Assembly (NCBI GenBank): GCA_965207735.1 | Contig: OZ242296.1 | Location: 4,352,001 to 4,416,000 of the forward strand | DNA: 64,000 bases | Reading direction: 5' to 3' | DNA from: Candidatus Versatilivorator sp. | GTDB lineage: Bacteria > Acidobacteriota > Terriglobia > Versatilivoradales > Versatilivoraceae | Shown here: in pieces, positions 18,520 through 28,441 of the stretch | How positions within the stretch are numbered: the first letter of the stretch is position 1 | Layout of the letters: every line of letters starts with the position of its first letter | The notes under the pieces: model-generated | Databases searched by the model: none | What the model was told of the DNA's origin: nothing | Seen by the model: only the letters and a program-made list of their open reading frames with translations | Made by a program: the position numbers and the translations under genes

Positions 18520-20922
18520 ATGGACCCTCCCACATTGAACATCCTGCCGGACCCGGGCGAGCCAGGCGGCCATGGCCCTTCAGGTCCCAAGCCGAACGCC
18601 GTGCGGGACCCAGTGTGCGGCATGTGGGTCGACCCCAAGACCGCGGCCGATTCGTACGCCTTTGGCGGCCAGACCTATTACTTCTGCCGCTCGCATTGCC
18701 GGACCGAATTCGAGGCCGACCCCGATCGCTATCTGGGCAGCCGGGAGACCGCCGCGGGCCCAGCCTCCGTCACCGAAACACCGGTCTTGAAGGACGAGGG
18801 CCAAACGGCGAGCTACACCTGCCCCATGCACCCCGAGGTCCTGGCCGACCGACCCGGTGCCTGTCCCCTGTGCGGCATGGCCCTGGAACCCAAAGCGATA
18901 ACCCTGAAGGAGCCCGACAATCCTGAGCTGTCCACCATGGGGAGCCGTTTCAAGGTCAGCCTGGTTCTAACTCTACCCATCTTCCTGCTGGCCATGTCGG
19001 AGATGATCGGGGGCAGCTTCCCGCGGCAGCACTGGCTGGCCGGGGTCTCGGCCTGGATTCAGTGCCTGCTGGCCGCCCCGGTGGTCTTCTGGGGGGGGTG
19101 GCCGCTACTGGCGCGCGGGTGGACTTCCCTGGCCCACCGCAGCCCCAACATGTTCACCCTGATCGGACTGGGCACAGCGACCAGCTACCTCTACAGCCTG
19201 ACAGCCACGCTGGCCCCCTCCCTGTTCCCCGATGCCTTTCGAGGTCCGGACGGAGCCGTCCCCGTTTATTTCGAAGCGGCCGCCGTTATCACCACTCTGG
19301 TGCTGCTGGGACAGGTACTGGAGCTTCGGGCCCGGCAGCGGACCGGCAGCGCCATCCGCTCGCTCCTGAGCCTGGCCCCCGAAACCGCACACCGATTGCG
19401 CGAGGACGAAGCGGAGGAGGAAATCCCGCTGGACCGAGTCTCCGTCGATGCGCGCTTGCGGGTTCGACCCGGAGAGCGCATCCCGACAGACGGAGAGGTC
19501 CTGGAGGGCTCCAGCTCGGTGGATGAATCCATGCTGACCGGCGAGCCCCTTCCGGTCCAGAAACTTCCGGCTGACCGGGTGACCGGCGGCACCATGAATC
19601 AGACCGGCAGTTTCGTCATGCGCGCCACCCGGGTGGGACAGGACACCCTGTTGGCCCGGATCGTCCGGATGGTGGCCGAAGCCCAGAGGACAAGCGCACC
19701 CATCCAGCGCTTCGCCGACGCGGTTTCCGCCCGCTTCGTCCCCGCGGTCCTCCTGGTGGCCCTGTTGACCTTTGTGGTCTGGAGCCTGCTGGGCCCGCAG
19801 CCGCCGATGGCCTACGCCCTGATCAATGCCGTGGCCGTTTTGATTATCGCCTGCCCCTGCGCTCTCGGCCTGGCCACACCCATGTCCATCATGGTGGCGA
19901 CCGGACGGGGAGCCGGCTCCGGCGTGCTGGTCAAGAATGCCGCGGCCCTGGAAGCTCTGGACAGCATCGACACCCTGGTGCTGGACAAGACGGGAACTCT
20001 CACCGAGGGCAGGCCCCGGCTGCGGACGCTGGTGGCCCTGCCGGGCTGGAGCGACGAGGAGCTGTTGTCGGCGGTGGCCAGCCTGGAGCAGGCCAGCGAG
20101 CACCCCCTGGCAGGGGCCATCCTGGAAGCGGCCAAAAGCCGCGGCCTTGACGCGGCCCCCGTCCAAGAATTCCAAGCCGTTCCTGGGAGAGGGATTCGGG
20201 GACGCGTCCGAGGACGGTCCCTGGTAGTGGGCAACGCCAAGATGCTGGAGGAATTGGGGATCGAGACGGGGGCGCCCCACCATCGCAGGGACAATCTGAT
20301 GGAGTCGGGCCAGGCCGTGGTGCTGGTGGCGGCCGACGGCCGATTGGCCGGATGGCTGGGGGTGGAAGACCCCCTCAAAAGCTCTGCCAAGGAGGCCGTG
20401 TTCCGACTGCAGCGTTCGGGACTGCGGATCCTGATGGTCACCGGGGACCACCGAACCTCCGCCGAAAAAGTGGCCTATGAGTTGGGGATCGACCAGGTCG
20501 TGGCCGAGGTGGATCCCCGCGAGAAGGGAGCGATCGTCAAACGGCTGCAAGCGGAAGGCAAGCGGGTGGCCATGGCCGGCGACGGCATCAACGACGCCCC
20601 GGCGCTGGCCCAGGCACAGGTGGGCATCGCCATGGGGGGCGGCACCGACGTGGCCATCGAGAGCGCCGGGATCACCCTGGTGGGAGGGGACCTGGGAGGC
20701 CTGGTTCGGGCCTTCCGCCTCAGCCAACGGACCATGCGCAACATTCGCCAGAACCTGTTTCTGGCATTTGTCTACAACCTGCTGGGCATTCCGGTTGCCG
20801 CCGGCCTCCTCTATCCGCTCTTCGGCTTGTTCCTGAACCCCATGATTGCCGCCGCCGCCATGACCTTCAGCTCCCTGTCGGTCATCGGCAACGCCCTCCG
20901 TCTCAGACGCCTGCCGCTGTGA
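18520..20922 (+). CDS. copA: Cu(+)-type P1B heavy-metal translocating ATPase with YHS and HMBD domains
   Basis: DPVCGM.V (YHS), YTCPMHPE...[47 protein letters not shown]. Confidence 0.92.
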   Translation: MDPPTLNILPDPGEPGGHGPSGPKPNAVRDPVCGMWVDPKTAADSYAFGGQTYYFCRSHCRTEFEADPDRYLGSRETAAGPASVTETPVLKDEGQTASYTCPMHPEVLADRPGACPLCGMALEPKAITLKEPDNPELSTMGSRFKVSLVLTLPIFLLAMSEMIGGSFPRQHWLAGVSAWIQCLLAAPVVFWGGWPLLARGWTSLAHRSPNMFTLIGLGTATSYLYSLTATLAPSLFPDAFRGPDGAVPVYFEAAAVITTLVLLGQVLELRARQRTGSAIRSLLSLAPETAHRLREDEAEEEIPLDRVSVDARLRVRPGERIPTDGEVLEGSSSVDESMLTGEPLPVQKLPADRVTGGTMNQTGSFVMRATRVGQDTLLARIVRMVAEAQRTSAPIQRFADAVSARFVPAVLLVALLTFVVWSLLGPQPPMAYALINAVAVLIIACPCALGLATPMSIMVATGRGAGSGVLVKNAAALEALDSIDTLVLDKTGTLTEGRPRLRTLVALPGWSDEELLSAVASLEQASEHPLAGAILEAAKSRGLDAAPVQEFQAVPGRGIRGRVRGRSLVVGNAKMLEELGIETGAPHHRRDNLMESGQAVVLVAADGRLAGWLGVEDPLKSSAKEAVFRLQRSGLRILMVTGDHRTSAEKVAYELGIDQVVAEVDPREKGAIVKRLQAEGKRVAMAGDGINDAPALAQAQVGIAMGGGTDVAIESAGITLVGGDLGGLVRAFRLSQRTMRNIRQNLFLAFVYNLLGIPVAAGLLYPLFGLFLNPMIAAAAMTFSSLSVIGNALRLRRLPL

Positions 20923-21068
20923 GGATCGGGAATTAGGATCTTGCCTCCGGTGGCGGGCGGGAACCGTTGCGCCACTCTCCAATCAAGGGGTACAGTAGTG
21001 CAGAGCCCGGCTGGGGCGGGCTGCGGGTCAGGTTGCGAGCAGGGGTGCAGGAATCGGGAGGCAATGGA

Positions 21069-21863
21069 TTGCCGTTCACCGAATACCACAGGCGTGGCAG
21101 GCGCTTCCTCCACACGCTGGGACTGCCGCTGCTGGCAATGACTCTGACCTCGGCGGGACTGACTGCCGGCGAGCGGCATTCGCCCCGGGAGATTATCGAC
21201 CGAGTGGACCGCGTTTTGAGAGGAGCCTCCAGCCGCGGCGTAGCCACCATGAGGGTGATCACCCGGCACTGGGAACGAAGCCTGACCATGGAGGTCTGGT
21301 CCCTGGGCAGCGACTACTCCCTGGTCCGGGTCCTCTCTCCCGCCAAGGAAGCCGGCACGGGCACCCTGAAAGCCTCCAGGGACATCTGGAACTACCTGCC
21401 CAAGGTGGACCGTACCATCAAGATTCCCGCCTCCATGATGATGGGATCCTGGATGGGCTCCCACTTCACCAACGATGACCTGGTCAAGGAAAGCCGCCTG
21501 GTCGAGGATTACGAAATAGAAACCACCTTTGAAGGAACTCGCGAAAATGTCAAGGTCTGGGAATTTGCCCTGACCCCAAAGCCTGAAGCCGCCGTGGTCT
21601 GGGGAAAGATCGACTACCGGGTCCGTCAACGGGATTTCATGCCTCTGCAGGCACGCTACTTCGATGAAGAGGGCGAACTGGTGCGAACCCTTACCTTCAG
21701 CGACTTTCGGCGCATGGGAGACCGCCTGGTTCCGGCCCACATGGACATGCATCCTCACGACAAACCGGGGGAGCGGACGACCGTGAGCTACGACGAGCTG
21801 CAATTCGACCTGGACATCGACAAGTCCTTCTTCTCCCTGCGGACCCTCCGGCGCGGGAGGTGA
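21069..21863 (+). CDS. Outer-membrane lipoprotein-sorting (LolA-like) protein
   Basis: Signal-like N-terminus; SP.KE.G..TLK...IWNYLPKVDRTIKIP.SMMM.SWMGS.FTNDDLVKES family pattern; GGGAGG RBS before TTG 21069. Confidence 0.8.
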   Translation: MPFTEYHRRGRRFLHTLGLPLLAMTLTSAGLTAGERHSPREIIDRVDRVLRGASSRGVATMRVITRHWERSLTMEVWSLGSDYSLVRVLSPAKEAGTGTLKASRDIWNYLPKVDRTIKIPASMMMGSWMGSHFTNDDLVKESRLVEDYEIETTFEGTRENVKVWEFALTPKPEAAVVWGKIDYRVRQRDFMPLQARYFDEEGELVRTLTFSDFRRMGDRLVPAHMDMHPHDKPGERTTVSYDELQFDLDIDKSFFSLRTLRRGR

Positions 21864-21869
21864 GCGACC

Positions 21870-23129
21870 ATGGCTCTGCCTTCCTGGTGGCTAATCGGCT
21901 GGCGCAATCTCGGCCGCAACCCCAAACGCACCTTCATCACGGCCCTGGGCCTGGCAGCCGGCTACTTTGCCGTCATCTTCATGGTAGGCTTCGCCGACGG
22001 ACTCAAGGTGGAGATGATCGACAACGGCACCGGCCTGATGACGGGGCAGATACAGATCCACTCGCCCCGCTACAGGCCGGACCGCAGCCTCTACGAGACC
22101 ATCGGGGGCCGTGCCGGAGCCGACTTCGAAGCCGTAATCCGGACTGCGGTCCGAGACCCCGCCGTGGTCGGGGCCGCTCCCCGAGTCTACGGCGCGGGGC
22201 TTCTGAGCTCGGGACAATCCACCAGGGGTGGCATGCTGATGGGCATCGACCTCGATCGCGAGCCCGGGGTCAGTCGCCTCATGAATTCTCTTTCGCAAGG
22301 GCGGGCTCCAGCCCCGGCAGCCAACGAACTGATGATCGGAACCGAAATGGCTCGCCGGCTCGAACTGCAGGTCGGCAACGAGGTCATCCTGGTGGCTCCC
22401 GCGGCAGACGGCTCCATGGGCAACGACATTTTCCAGGTATGCGGGCTCTACCGGACGGGAATGGCGGACCTGGACGGCGCCTTCGCCCTGGTGCCGATCC
22501 GGTCGCTGCAGCGTTTGCTGGCTCTCGATCCGGGGAGGATTCACGAGATCGCCCTCTCTACCGCCGATCCCTGGCTGGCTCCGGAAGCCGGCCGCCGGCT
22601 GGTTGCCGGCCTGGCGCCCCTGGGGGTAGAGCTGGAGGTCCTTGACTGGACCCGGCTGCGGCCGGAGATGCTCGAATACGCGCTTTTGATGGATTCCTGG
22701 TACTCGATCGTGGTGCTCATCGTCTTCGCCTTCGCCCTGTTCGGCGTCGCCAACACCATGCTCATGTCCACTTTCGAGCGACGGCGGGAGTTCTCGGTGA
22801 TGCTGGCTCTGGGAGCCAGACCCCACCAGATATTGCTCACGGTGGTTTCGGAAGCCACGGCGCTGGGATGGATCAGCCTGGCCCTGGGCGTGGCCGTCAC
22901 CTTTCCGCTCATTGCCTGGTGGCACCATTACCCGATCGACCTGAGCTGGATCTACGGCGATCTCACCATGTTGGGAGCGCTGATACGCCCCGTTCTCAGG
23001 ATCGAGTACAACCTCCCCGTGTCTCTGTGGACCGGCCTGGCGCTGCTGGTGACCGCGGTGACAGCCGGTCTCTACCCGGCGGCGCGAGCCGCATGGCTGC
23101 CACCGGCCGACACGCTCTCGGGCCTATGA
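21870..23129 (+). CDS. ABC transporter permease, FtsX/LolE/MacB-type
   Basis: WRNL.RN..RT, large periplasmic domain, GVANTMLMS.FERRREF.VM.ALG, YPA.RA. Confidence 0.88.
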   Translation: MALPSWWLIGWRNLGRNPKRTFITALGLAAGYFAVIFMVGFADGLKVEMIDNGTGLMTGQIQIHSPRYRPDRSLYETIGGRAGADFEAVIRTAVRDPAVVGAAPRVYGAGLLSSGQSTRGGMLMGIDLDREPGVSRLMNSLSQGRAPAPAANELMIGTEMARRLELQVGNEVILVAPAADGSMGNDIFQVCGLYRTGMADLDGAFALVPIRSLQRLLALDPGRIHEIALSTADPWLAPEAGRRLVAGLAPLGVELEVLDWTRLRPEMLEYALLMDSWYSIVVLIVFAFALFGVANTMLMSTFERRREFSVMLALGARPHQILLTVVSEATALGWISLALGVAVTFPLIAWWHHYPIDLSWIYGDLTMLGALIRPVLRIEYNLPVSLWTGLALLVTAVTAGLYPAARAAWLPPADTLSGL

Positions 23130-24403
23130 GCTTCAAGACCGCCGTCATTACCAAACTGGCCCTGCGCAACCTGAGAAGACAGGCCAGACGCAGCCTGCTG
23201 ACGGCTGCCTCCATGATTGCAGGCGGCGCCCTGTTGATTTTCAGCCTGATCCTGGGGGACGGAACCCACGAACAATGGATCGACTCGGCCGTGCGCATGG
23301 CTGACGGACACCTTACGATCCAGTCGCCCCGATTCCAGGGGAGCCGCGCCCTGAAGGACCGGATGCCTGGCGAATCCCGAGCCATTGTGGAACAAGCCTT
23401 GCTCCAAGGAGGCACAGTCGGCGAGATCCGTGTCATGGCCCCCCGGCTCGCCGTCACCGGCATGGCCAGCTCCGCGGCCGGGGCGCGACCAGCTCGCATC
23501 CTGGGGGTCGACCCTGCTGTTGAGGCCTCCTTTTCCGTCCTGGACGAGAAAGTGCGGCAGGGCCGATACCTGCGACCAGGCGACAGGCTGGCCGCCTACG
23601 TGGGAATCGGGCTCCTCGAAGCCCTCGATCTGCGGCTGGGCTCCAAGTTTGTCCTCACCGCCCAGGATGCCGGCGGGGAGATCGCCGGCCAGCTGGTTCG
23701 GGTGGTAGGGACCTTTCGCACCGGCATCCCCGAGGTGGACCGCTCGCTCCTGCATATACCGCTTTCCACCGCCGGGGCCTGGCTGGGCTGCAGCGGCGAT
23801 GTCACCTCCATGGGGCTGCTGTTGGGGAACAGCGAGCAGGTGCCTCAGGTTCGGCGCTCACTGCAGCAAAGGCTCTCGGAAACTCACGGGACGGAAGCGT
23901 TGCGGGCATTGAGCTGGCGGGAATCCCTGCCGGAGCTGGATGCCGCCGTAAAGATCGATGACTTCTCCAACTACCTCTTTCAGGGGATCCTTTTCGGCAT
24001 CATCGCCCTGGGAATCGTCAACACGGTGCTCATGTCGGTGATGTATAGGAGGAGGGAGTTCGGCGTGCTTCAGGCCCTGGGTCTGACTCCCGGCCAATCG
24101 GCCAGCCTGGTTCTGGTGGAGGGCTTGATTCTGACCGTTCTCAGCGGGACTATCGGCATTGCCCTGGGTCTGTCGGTCACCTGGTTCGTCTGGGGAGAGG
24201 GGCTTGACCTATCCTCCATGATGGACAATGAGTGGACTTTCTCCGGGGTGGTGATGGAGCCGCTGGTGGTGCCCAGATTTCGGGTGGTCCGGGTTGTGCA
24301 GGGTCTGTCGTTCATTATTGTCATTGGTATGCTGGCCTCCCTCTACCCGGCCCTGAGAGCCGTGCGCATCGACGTGGCCGAAACCATGAAGTTCGAGCGC
24401 TGA
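23126..24403 (+). CDS. ABC transporter permease, FtsX/LolE/MacB-type (second subunit)
   Basis: LALRNL.R..RRSLLT, GIVNTVLMSV..RRREFGVL.ALG, SLYPA.RA; ATG overlaps the previous stop. Confidence 0.88.
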   Translation: MSFKTAVITKLALRNLRRQARRSLLTAASMIAGGALLIFSLILGDGTHEQWIDSAVRMADGHLTIQSPRFQGSRALKDRMPGESRAIVEQALLQGGTVGEIRVMAPRLAVTGMASSAAGARPARILGVDPAVEASFSVLDEKVRQGRYLRPGDRLAAYVGIGLLEALDLRLGSKFVLTAQDAGGEIAGQLVRVVGTFRTGIPEVDRSLLHIPLSTAGAWLGCSGDVTSMGLLLGNSEQVPQVRRSLQQRLSETHGTEALRALSWRESLPELDAAVKIDDFSNYLFQGILFGIIALGIVNTVLMSVMYRRREFGVLQALGLTPGQSASLVLVEGLILTVLSGTIGIALGLSVTWFVWGEGLDLSSMMDNEWTFSGVVMEPLVVPRFRVVRVVQGLSFIIVIGMLASLYPALRAVRIDVAETMKFER

Positions 24404-24415
24404 AGGAGCGAGATT

Positions 24416-25123
24416 GTGGGCAACCCGGCCCTGCGTACCGAAGCGGTGTGGAAGGTCTTTCATCAGGAAGCGGAAGAGGTGCGGGCCGTGCGCGGGGTCA
24501 CCCTCACCATCCAGCCCGGAGAGTTCGTGGTGCTGGCCGGCCCCTCGGGATCGGGCAAGACCACCCTGCTCAACCTGATCGGGGGATTGACCCCGCCCAC
24601 GGACGGCCGAGTGTGGGTGGATGGACTGGAACTGACCCGGATGAGCAGTCGCGAGCTTGCCCGGATGCGCCTGGAGAAACTGGGCTTCATCTTCCAGTCC
24701 TACAACCTGCTGCCGGTCCTCTCGGCCCTGGAGAACGCCGAGTTCCCGCTGCTGTTGCGTGGCCTGGAGCGAGGCCGACGAGAGCGGCGGGTCCGCGAAC
24801 TGTTTCAGCGCACCGGACTGGCGGGGCTGGAACACCGCCGGCCCGGGAAGCTGTCGGGGGGGCAGCAGCAGCGGGTGGCCGTCATCCGGGCGGTGGTGGG
24901 AGAACCCGCCCTGGTCCTGGCGGACGAGCCCACCGCCAACCTCGACTCGGCCGCCAGCGACGTCCTGCTGACCGTGATGGAGGAACTGAACCGGGATCTT
25001 GGAACCACCTTCCTCTTCGCCACCCACGACTCCCGACTGATGGAACGGTCCCGTCGCCTGATCCACCTGGTCGACGGTCAAATCGTCTCTGACCAATGGC
25101 AAGAGCCCCGGCGCGAATTATAG
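24416..25123 (+). CDS. ABC transporter ATP-binding protein, LolD-like
   Basis: Walker A GPSGSGKTT, GFIFQSYNL, LSGGQQQRV, LADEPTANLD, ATHD. Confidence 0.93.
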   Translation: MGNPALRTEAVWKVFHQEAEEVRAVRGVTLTIQPGEFVVLAGPSGSGKTTLLNLIGGLTPPTDGRVWVDGLELTRMSSRELARMRLEKLGFIFQSYNLLPVLSALENAEFPLLLRGLERGRRERRVRELFQRTGLAGLEHRRPGKLSGGQQQRVAVIRAVVGEPALVLADEPTANLDSAASDVLLTVMEELNRDLGTTFLFATHDSRLMERSRRLIHLVDGQIVSDQWQEPRREL

Positions 25124-26301
25124 TTTCCGCTGCATTCCTCCTGGCCATGGGGGTGAACCAGGGCGGCCCCGGACCGGCAGCGGCCCAGACGCCCCTGATC
25201 CGGGGTTACTATCACAACCTTCCCCTGTGGAGCCGGGCGACCCCCTCCCGTGCCGGGTTCTTCGGCGACTTCAACCGTTTCCGGCTGATGAGCGAGCCTC
25301 GCTGGGGGCCCCTCTCCCTGGAGATCGCTTACGAGCACACCCTCGGCTTGAACCGGCTGCAGACCTCCCCCGCGCTTGCGATCGCCGGCGTCCCCGAAAT
25401 CAGTCCCTGGCTGGACCTCCAATGGAACCTTTGGGAAAAGGAGCATGTGAGCTGGCAGCATCGCTTCGATCGCCTCAACCTGAGCTGGGCGCCCACCGGA
25501 AATCTGGACGTGACGCTGGGGCGCCAGACCGCCTCCTGGGCGACCACGCTCTTTCTCACCCCGGCCGACCCCTTTTCCCCCTTCAACCCCGCCGATCCCT
25601 TTCGGGCCTACCGGGGAGGCATCGACGCCGCCCGGCTTCAATTCCATCCGGGCCCTCTCAGCCAGGTCGAGGTGGTGGTGCGGCCCACCCGGTCGGCCGC
25701 CGGGAGGGAAATCACTGCCCTGGGGCGAGGCCTGGCTACCTGGAAGAACTGGGAAATCTCGGGTTGGGCCGGAGCGCTCTTCGACGAGCCTGCCGCGGCC
25801 GGGGCGGTTTCCGGCTCGCTGGGCCCCGTGGCGCTGCGCGGCGAGGCATCGCTGCGCAGGATACATGGTGAAACCGTGCTGAGAGGAACCCTGGGCATCG
25901 ACCGCCGCCTCACCGTATCCAACCGCGACCTCTACCTGGTGGCCGAGTACCAGCACGACGGCCTGGGCGCCGCCGGCGCCGATGAAACCTCGTCGGTCCT
26001 GGAGTCTGCGGTCTTCACCCGGGGCGAGATGCAGGTTCTGGGGCGCGACGAGGCCGCCGCCCAGGCCCAATATCAGCTCCATCCCCTATGGAGCCTGTCG
26101 CTGCTCTGCCTGTGGAACCTCAACGACCGCAGCTCTCTGCTGGCTCCAAGCCTCTCCTACTCGGCAAGCAACGAAGTCACCATCACCGGCGGCCTCTTCA
26201 AGGGATTCGGCGATATCTCCCCGGGCTCCGAGGAACCGCCCGCCTCCGAATATGGAGGCCTCGGCACCACGGCCTACCTTTCGTTGAGCATTTACTTCTG
26301 A
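25096..26301 (+). CDS. Putative outer-membrane beta-barrel protein
   Basis: Signal peptide, alternating amphipathic strands, DRL.L...LGRQ..SW motif, terminal aromatic YLSLSIYF. Confidence 0.7.
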   Translation: MARAPARIIVSAAFLLAMGVNQGGPGPAAAQTPLIRGYYHNLPLWSRATPSRAGFFGDFNRFRLMSEPRWGPLSLEIAYEHTLGLNRLQTSPALAIAGVPEISPWLDLQWNLWEKEHVSWQHRFDRLNLSWAPTGNLDVTLGRQTASWATTLFLTPADPFSPFNPADPFRAYRGGIDAARLQFHPGPLSQVEVVVRPTRSAAGREITALGRGLATWKNWEISGWAGALFDEPAAAGAVSGSLGPVALRGEASLRRIHGETVLRGTLGIDRRLTVSNRDLYLVAEYQHDGLGAAGADETSSVLESAVFTRGEMQVLGRDEAAAQAQYQLHPLWSLSLLCLWNLNDRSSLLAPSLSYSASNEVTITGGLFKGFGDISPGSEEPPASEYGGLGTTAYLSLSIYF

Positions 26302-26451
26302 AAGCCCGCACGATCTATTCCCGGGCTTGGGCCTGCACCCTCCTCGTCCGTGATAGACTTACGCGGCACGCGCACCATGCCCAGGCCAGGGACGGTCCCA
26401 AATGCCGGGGCTGATGCCCCCGTTCCATCCGGAGAATTCAAAGGAGCCGCC

Positions 26452-27480
26452 ATGAAAATCGCCAACCTTCGCGGACCCAGAGACCTGCACATCGAAGAGC
26501 AACCCCTGGATACCGGCAACCTGAAGCCGGACGAAATCTGGATCCGGACCCGGGTGAGCGCCCTGAAGATCGGAACCGACCGAGGCAACTACGAGGGGGC
26601 CGAACATGTCCCCGGAGCCCCGATATATCCCCGGTGGGTGGGAGACAGCAATCTGGGAATCGTGATGGGAGTGGGCAGTGCGGTCCGTCGGGTCCAAGTC
26701 GGGGACCGGGTGGTAACCCGGCAACCCCACCAGTCGGAATACATCACCAACGAGTCGGCCAGCCTGGTGAAGGTTCCCGAGGGCGTGGACGACGAGGACG
26801 CGGTGTGGTGTCACCTCTATGGGCTCAGCTCCCTCTGCTACCGCAAGGCCCATTTCGAGCCGGGCGAAAACGTGGCCGTGGTCGGACTGGGAGTGCTGGG
26901 TCTGGGAGCGGTGGCGCTGGGGCCGCTGTTTGGTGGGCGAGTGATTGCGATCGGCAACAGCCCCACCCGTCTGGAGATGGCCCGGCGCATGGGGGCTCAC
27001 GAAGGCTTCCTCTACAACGATCCGGACCTGAAAGCCAAGCTGGACGACGCCACCGGAGGAGCCGGCATCGACCTGGTGATCCTGACAGCCAATCCCTGGC
27101 CCGCCTACCGCACCGCCCTCGAGATTGTGCGCCAGCACGGCCGAGTTTCCATTGTCAGCCTCCTGGGGCGAGGAGAAACTCAACTGGACTTCAATCCTTT
27201 GTCCATGTCCCTGTTCTACACCCGGGGCATCACGCTGCACGCCGTTTCGGGACCGACGGGATATCTCTATCCGGACGGAAACGGCGGGCCCACCATGGAA
27301 AACCGCTTCTCCAACGATCGAGCCGCCGAACATGTTCTTTTTCTGATGGAGACGGCCTCGCTGGAACCCAAAAAGCTGATCACCCACCGCTTCCACTACT
27401 CCCGGATGAAGGAAGCCTACGAGATGATCTTCCATCGGGAAAAATCCATGTTGGGTGTTCTGTTCACCTGGGAAGATTGA
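26452..27480 (+). CDS. Medium-chain (zinc-binding ADH superfamily) dehydrogenase
   Basis: GroES-like N-domain (VG..V..VQVGDRV), Rossmann VAVVGLGVLG, LITHRF; AAGGAG RBS. Confidence 0.82.
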   Translation: MKIANLRGPRDLHIEEQPLDTGNLKPDEIWIRTRVSALKIGTDRGNYEGAEHVPGAPIYPRWVGDSNLGIVMGVGSAVRRVQVGDRVVTRQPHQSEYITNESASLVKVPEGVDDEDAVWCHLYGLSSLCYRKAHFEPGENVAVVGLGVLGLGAVALGPLFGGRVIAIGNSPTRLEMARRMGAHEGFLYNDPDLKAKLDDATGGAGIDLVILTANPWPAYRTALEIVRQHGRVSIVSLLGRGETQLDFNPLSMSLFYTRGITLHAVSGPTGYLYPDGNGGPTMENRFSNDRAAEHVLFLMETASLEPKKLITHRFHYSRMKEAYEMIFHREKSMLGVLFTWED

Positions 27481-27490
27481 GGAGACTCCA

Positions 27491-28441
27491 TTGCGACGCC
27501 TGTGGTTGGCGGCAGCCTTTGCGGTGCTGGCCGGAATTGCGCTGTGGCCTGACCTGAACCCTATTGCCGGCTCAAAATACCGGGTCGTCCACGGCTGGCC
27601 GCGGGCGCCCGAAGGATCCCCCTTTGCCGGGGTCGCCGGGGTGGACGTGGATTCACAAAACCGGGTTTTCATCTTTCAACGCACCGACCCGCCCATCCTC
27701 TGTTTCGACGGGGCCACCGGCAAGCTGCTGGCATCCTGGGGCGAGGGCCGGTTCACCGAGGCGGCCCACGGCCTGGAGGTCGATCCCTGGGACAATGTCT
27801 GGGTGGTGGACGTGAGTCACCACCAGGTCTTCAAGTTCAGCCCCCGGGGAGAGCTGTTGATGACCCTGGGAACCCGAGGAACTCCCGGCCTGGGACCCGC
27901 GCACTTCAACAAGCCCACCGACGTGGCCGTGGCCGGCAGCGGGGAGATTTTCGTAGCAGACGGCTATGTCAACAGCCGGGTAGCCAAATTCTCCGCCGAC
28001 GGGAAATTTCTGATGGACTGGGGAAGCAAGGGAGACCGGACGGGGCAACTCGACACGCCTCACGGAATCGCCATCGACAGCCGGGGCAGAGTCTACGTGG
28101 CCGACCGGGGCAACCAGCGCATCCAGGTGTTCGATGGCAAGGGAAGGCTGCTCCACCACTGGAGCAGTCCCCGGATGCGCCGCCCCTGGGGCCTGGACAT
28201 CGGAGCCGACGGGTCGGTCTTCGTGGCCGACGGAGGGGACCTGGTCCATCGGGACAAGAAAGAACGGATCCTGAAGTTCAGTCCCGAGGGCAGGCTGTTG
28301 GATCTGTGGGGCTCTTTCGGGAGATACGACGGGCAGTTCTACTGGGCCCACGACGTTGCGGTGGCCCCCTCCGGAGAGGTCTACGTCTGCGACGTGCTGG
28401 GCCGGCGGGTCCAGAAGTTCGCGGCCGGCCCCTCCGGCTGA
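27491..28441 (+). CDS. NHL-repeat beta-propeller, peptidyl-alpha-hydroxyglycine alpha-amidating lyase-like
   Basis: N-terminal signal/TM; repeats AHGL.VD..DNVWV.D, FNKPTDVAV...GEIFVADGY.NSRV.KF, PHGIAID..GRVYVADR.N.RIQVFD. Confidence 0.85.
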   Translation: MRRLWLAAAFAVLAGIALWPDLNPIAGSKYRVVHGWPRAPEGSPFAGVAGVDVDSQNRVFIFQRTDPPILCFDGATGKLLASWGEGRFTEAAHGLEVDPWDNVWVVDVSHHQVFKFSPRGELLMTLGTRGTPGLGPAHFNKPTDVAVAGSGEIFVADGYVNSRVAKFSADGKFLMDWGSKGDRTGQLDTPHGIAIDSRGRVYVADRGNQRIQVFDGKGRLLHHWSSPRMRRPWGLDIGADGSVFVADGGDLVHRDKKERILKFSPEGRLLDLWGSFGRYDGQFYWAHDVAVAPSGEVYVCDVLGRRVQKFAAGPSG

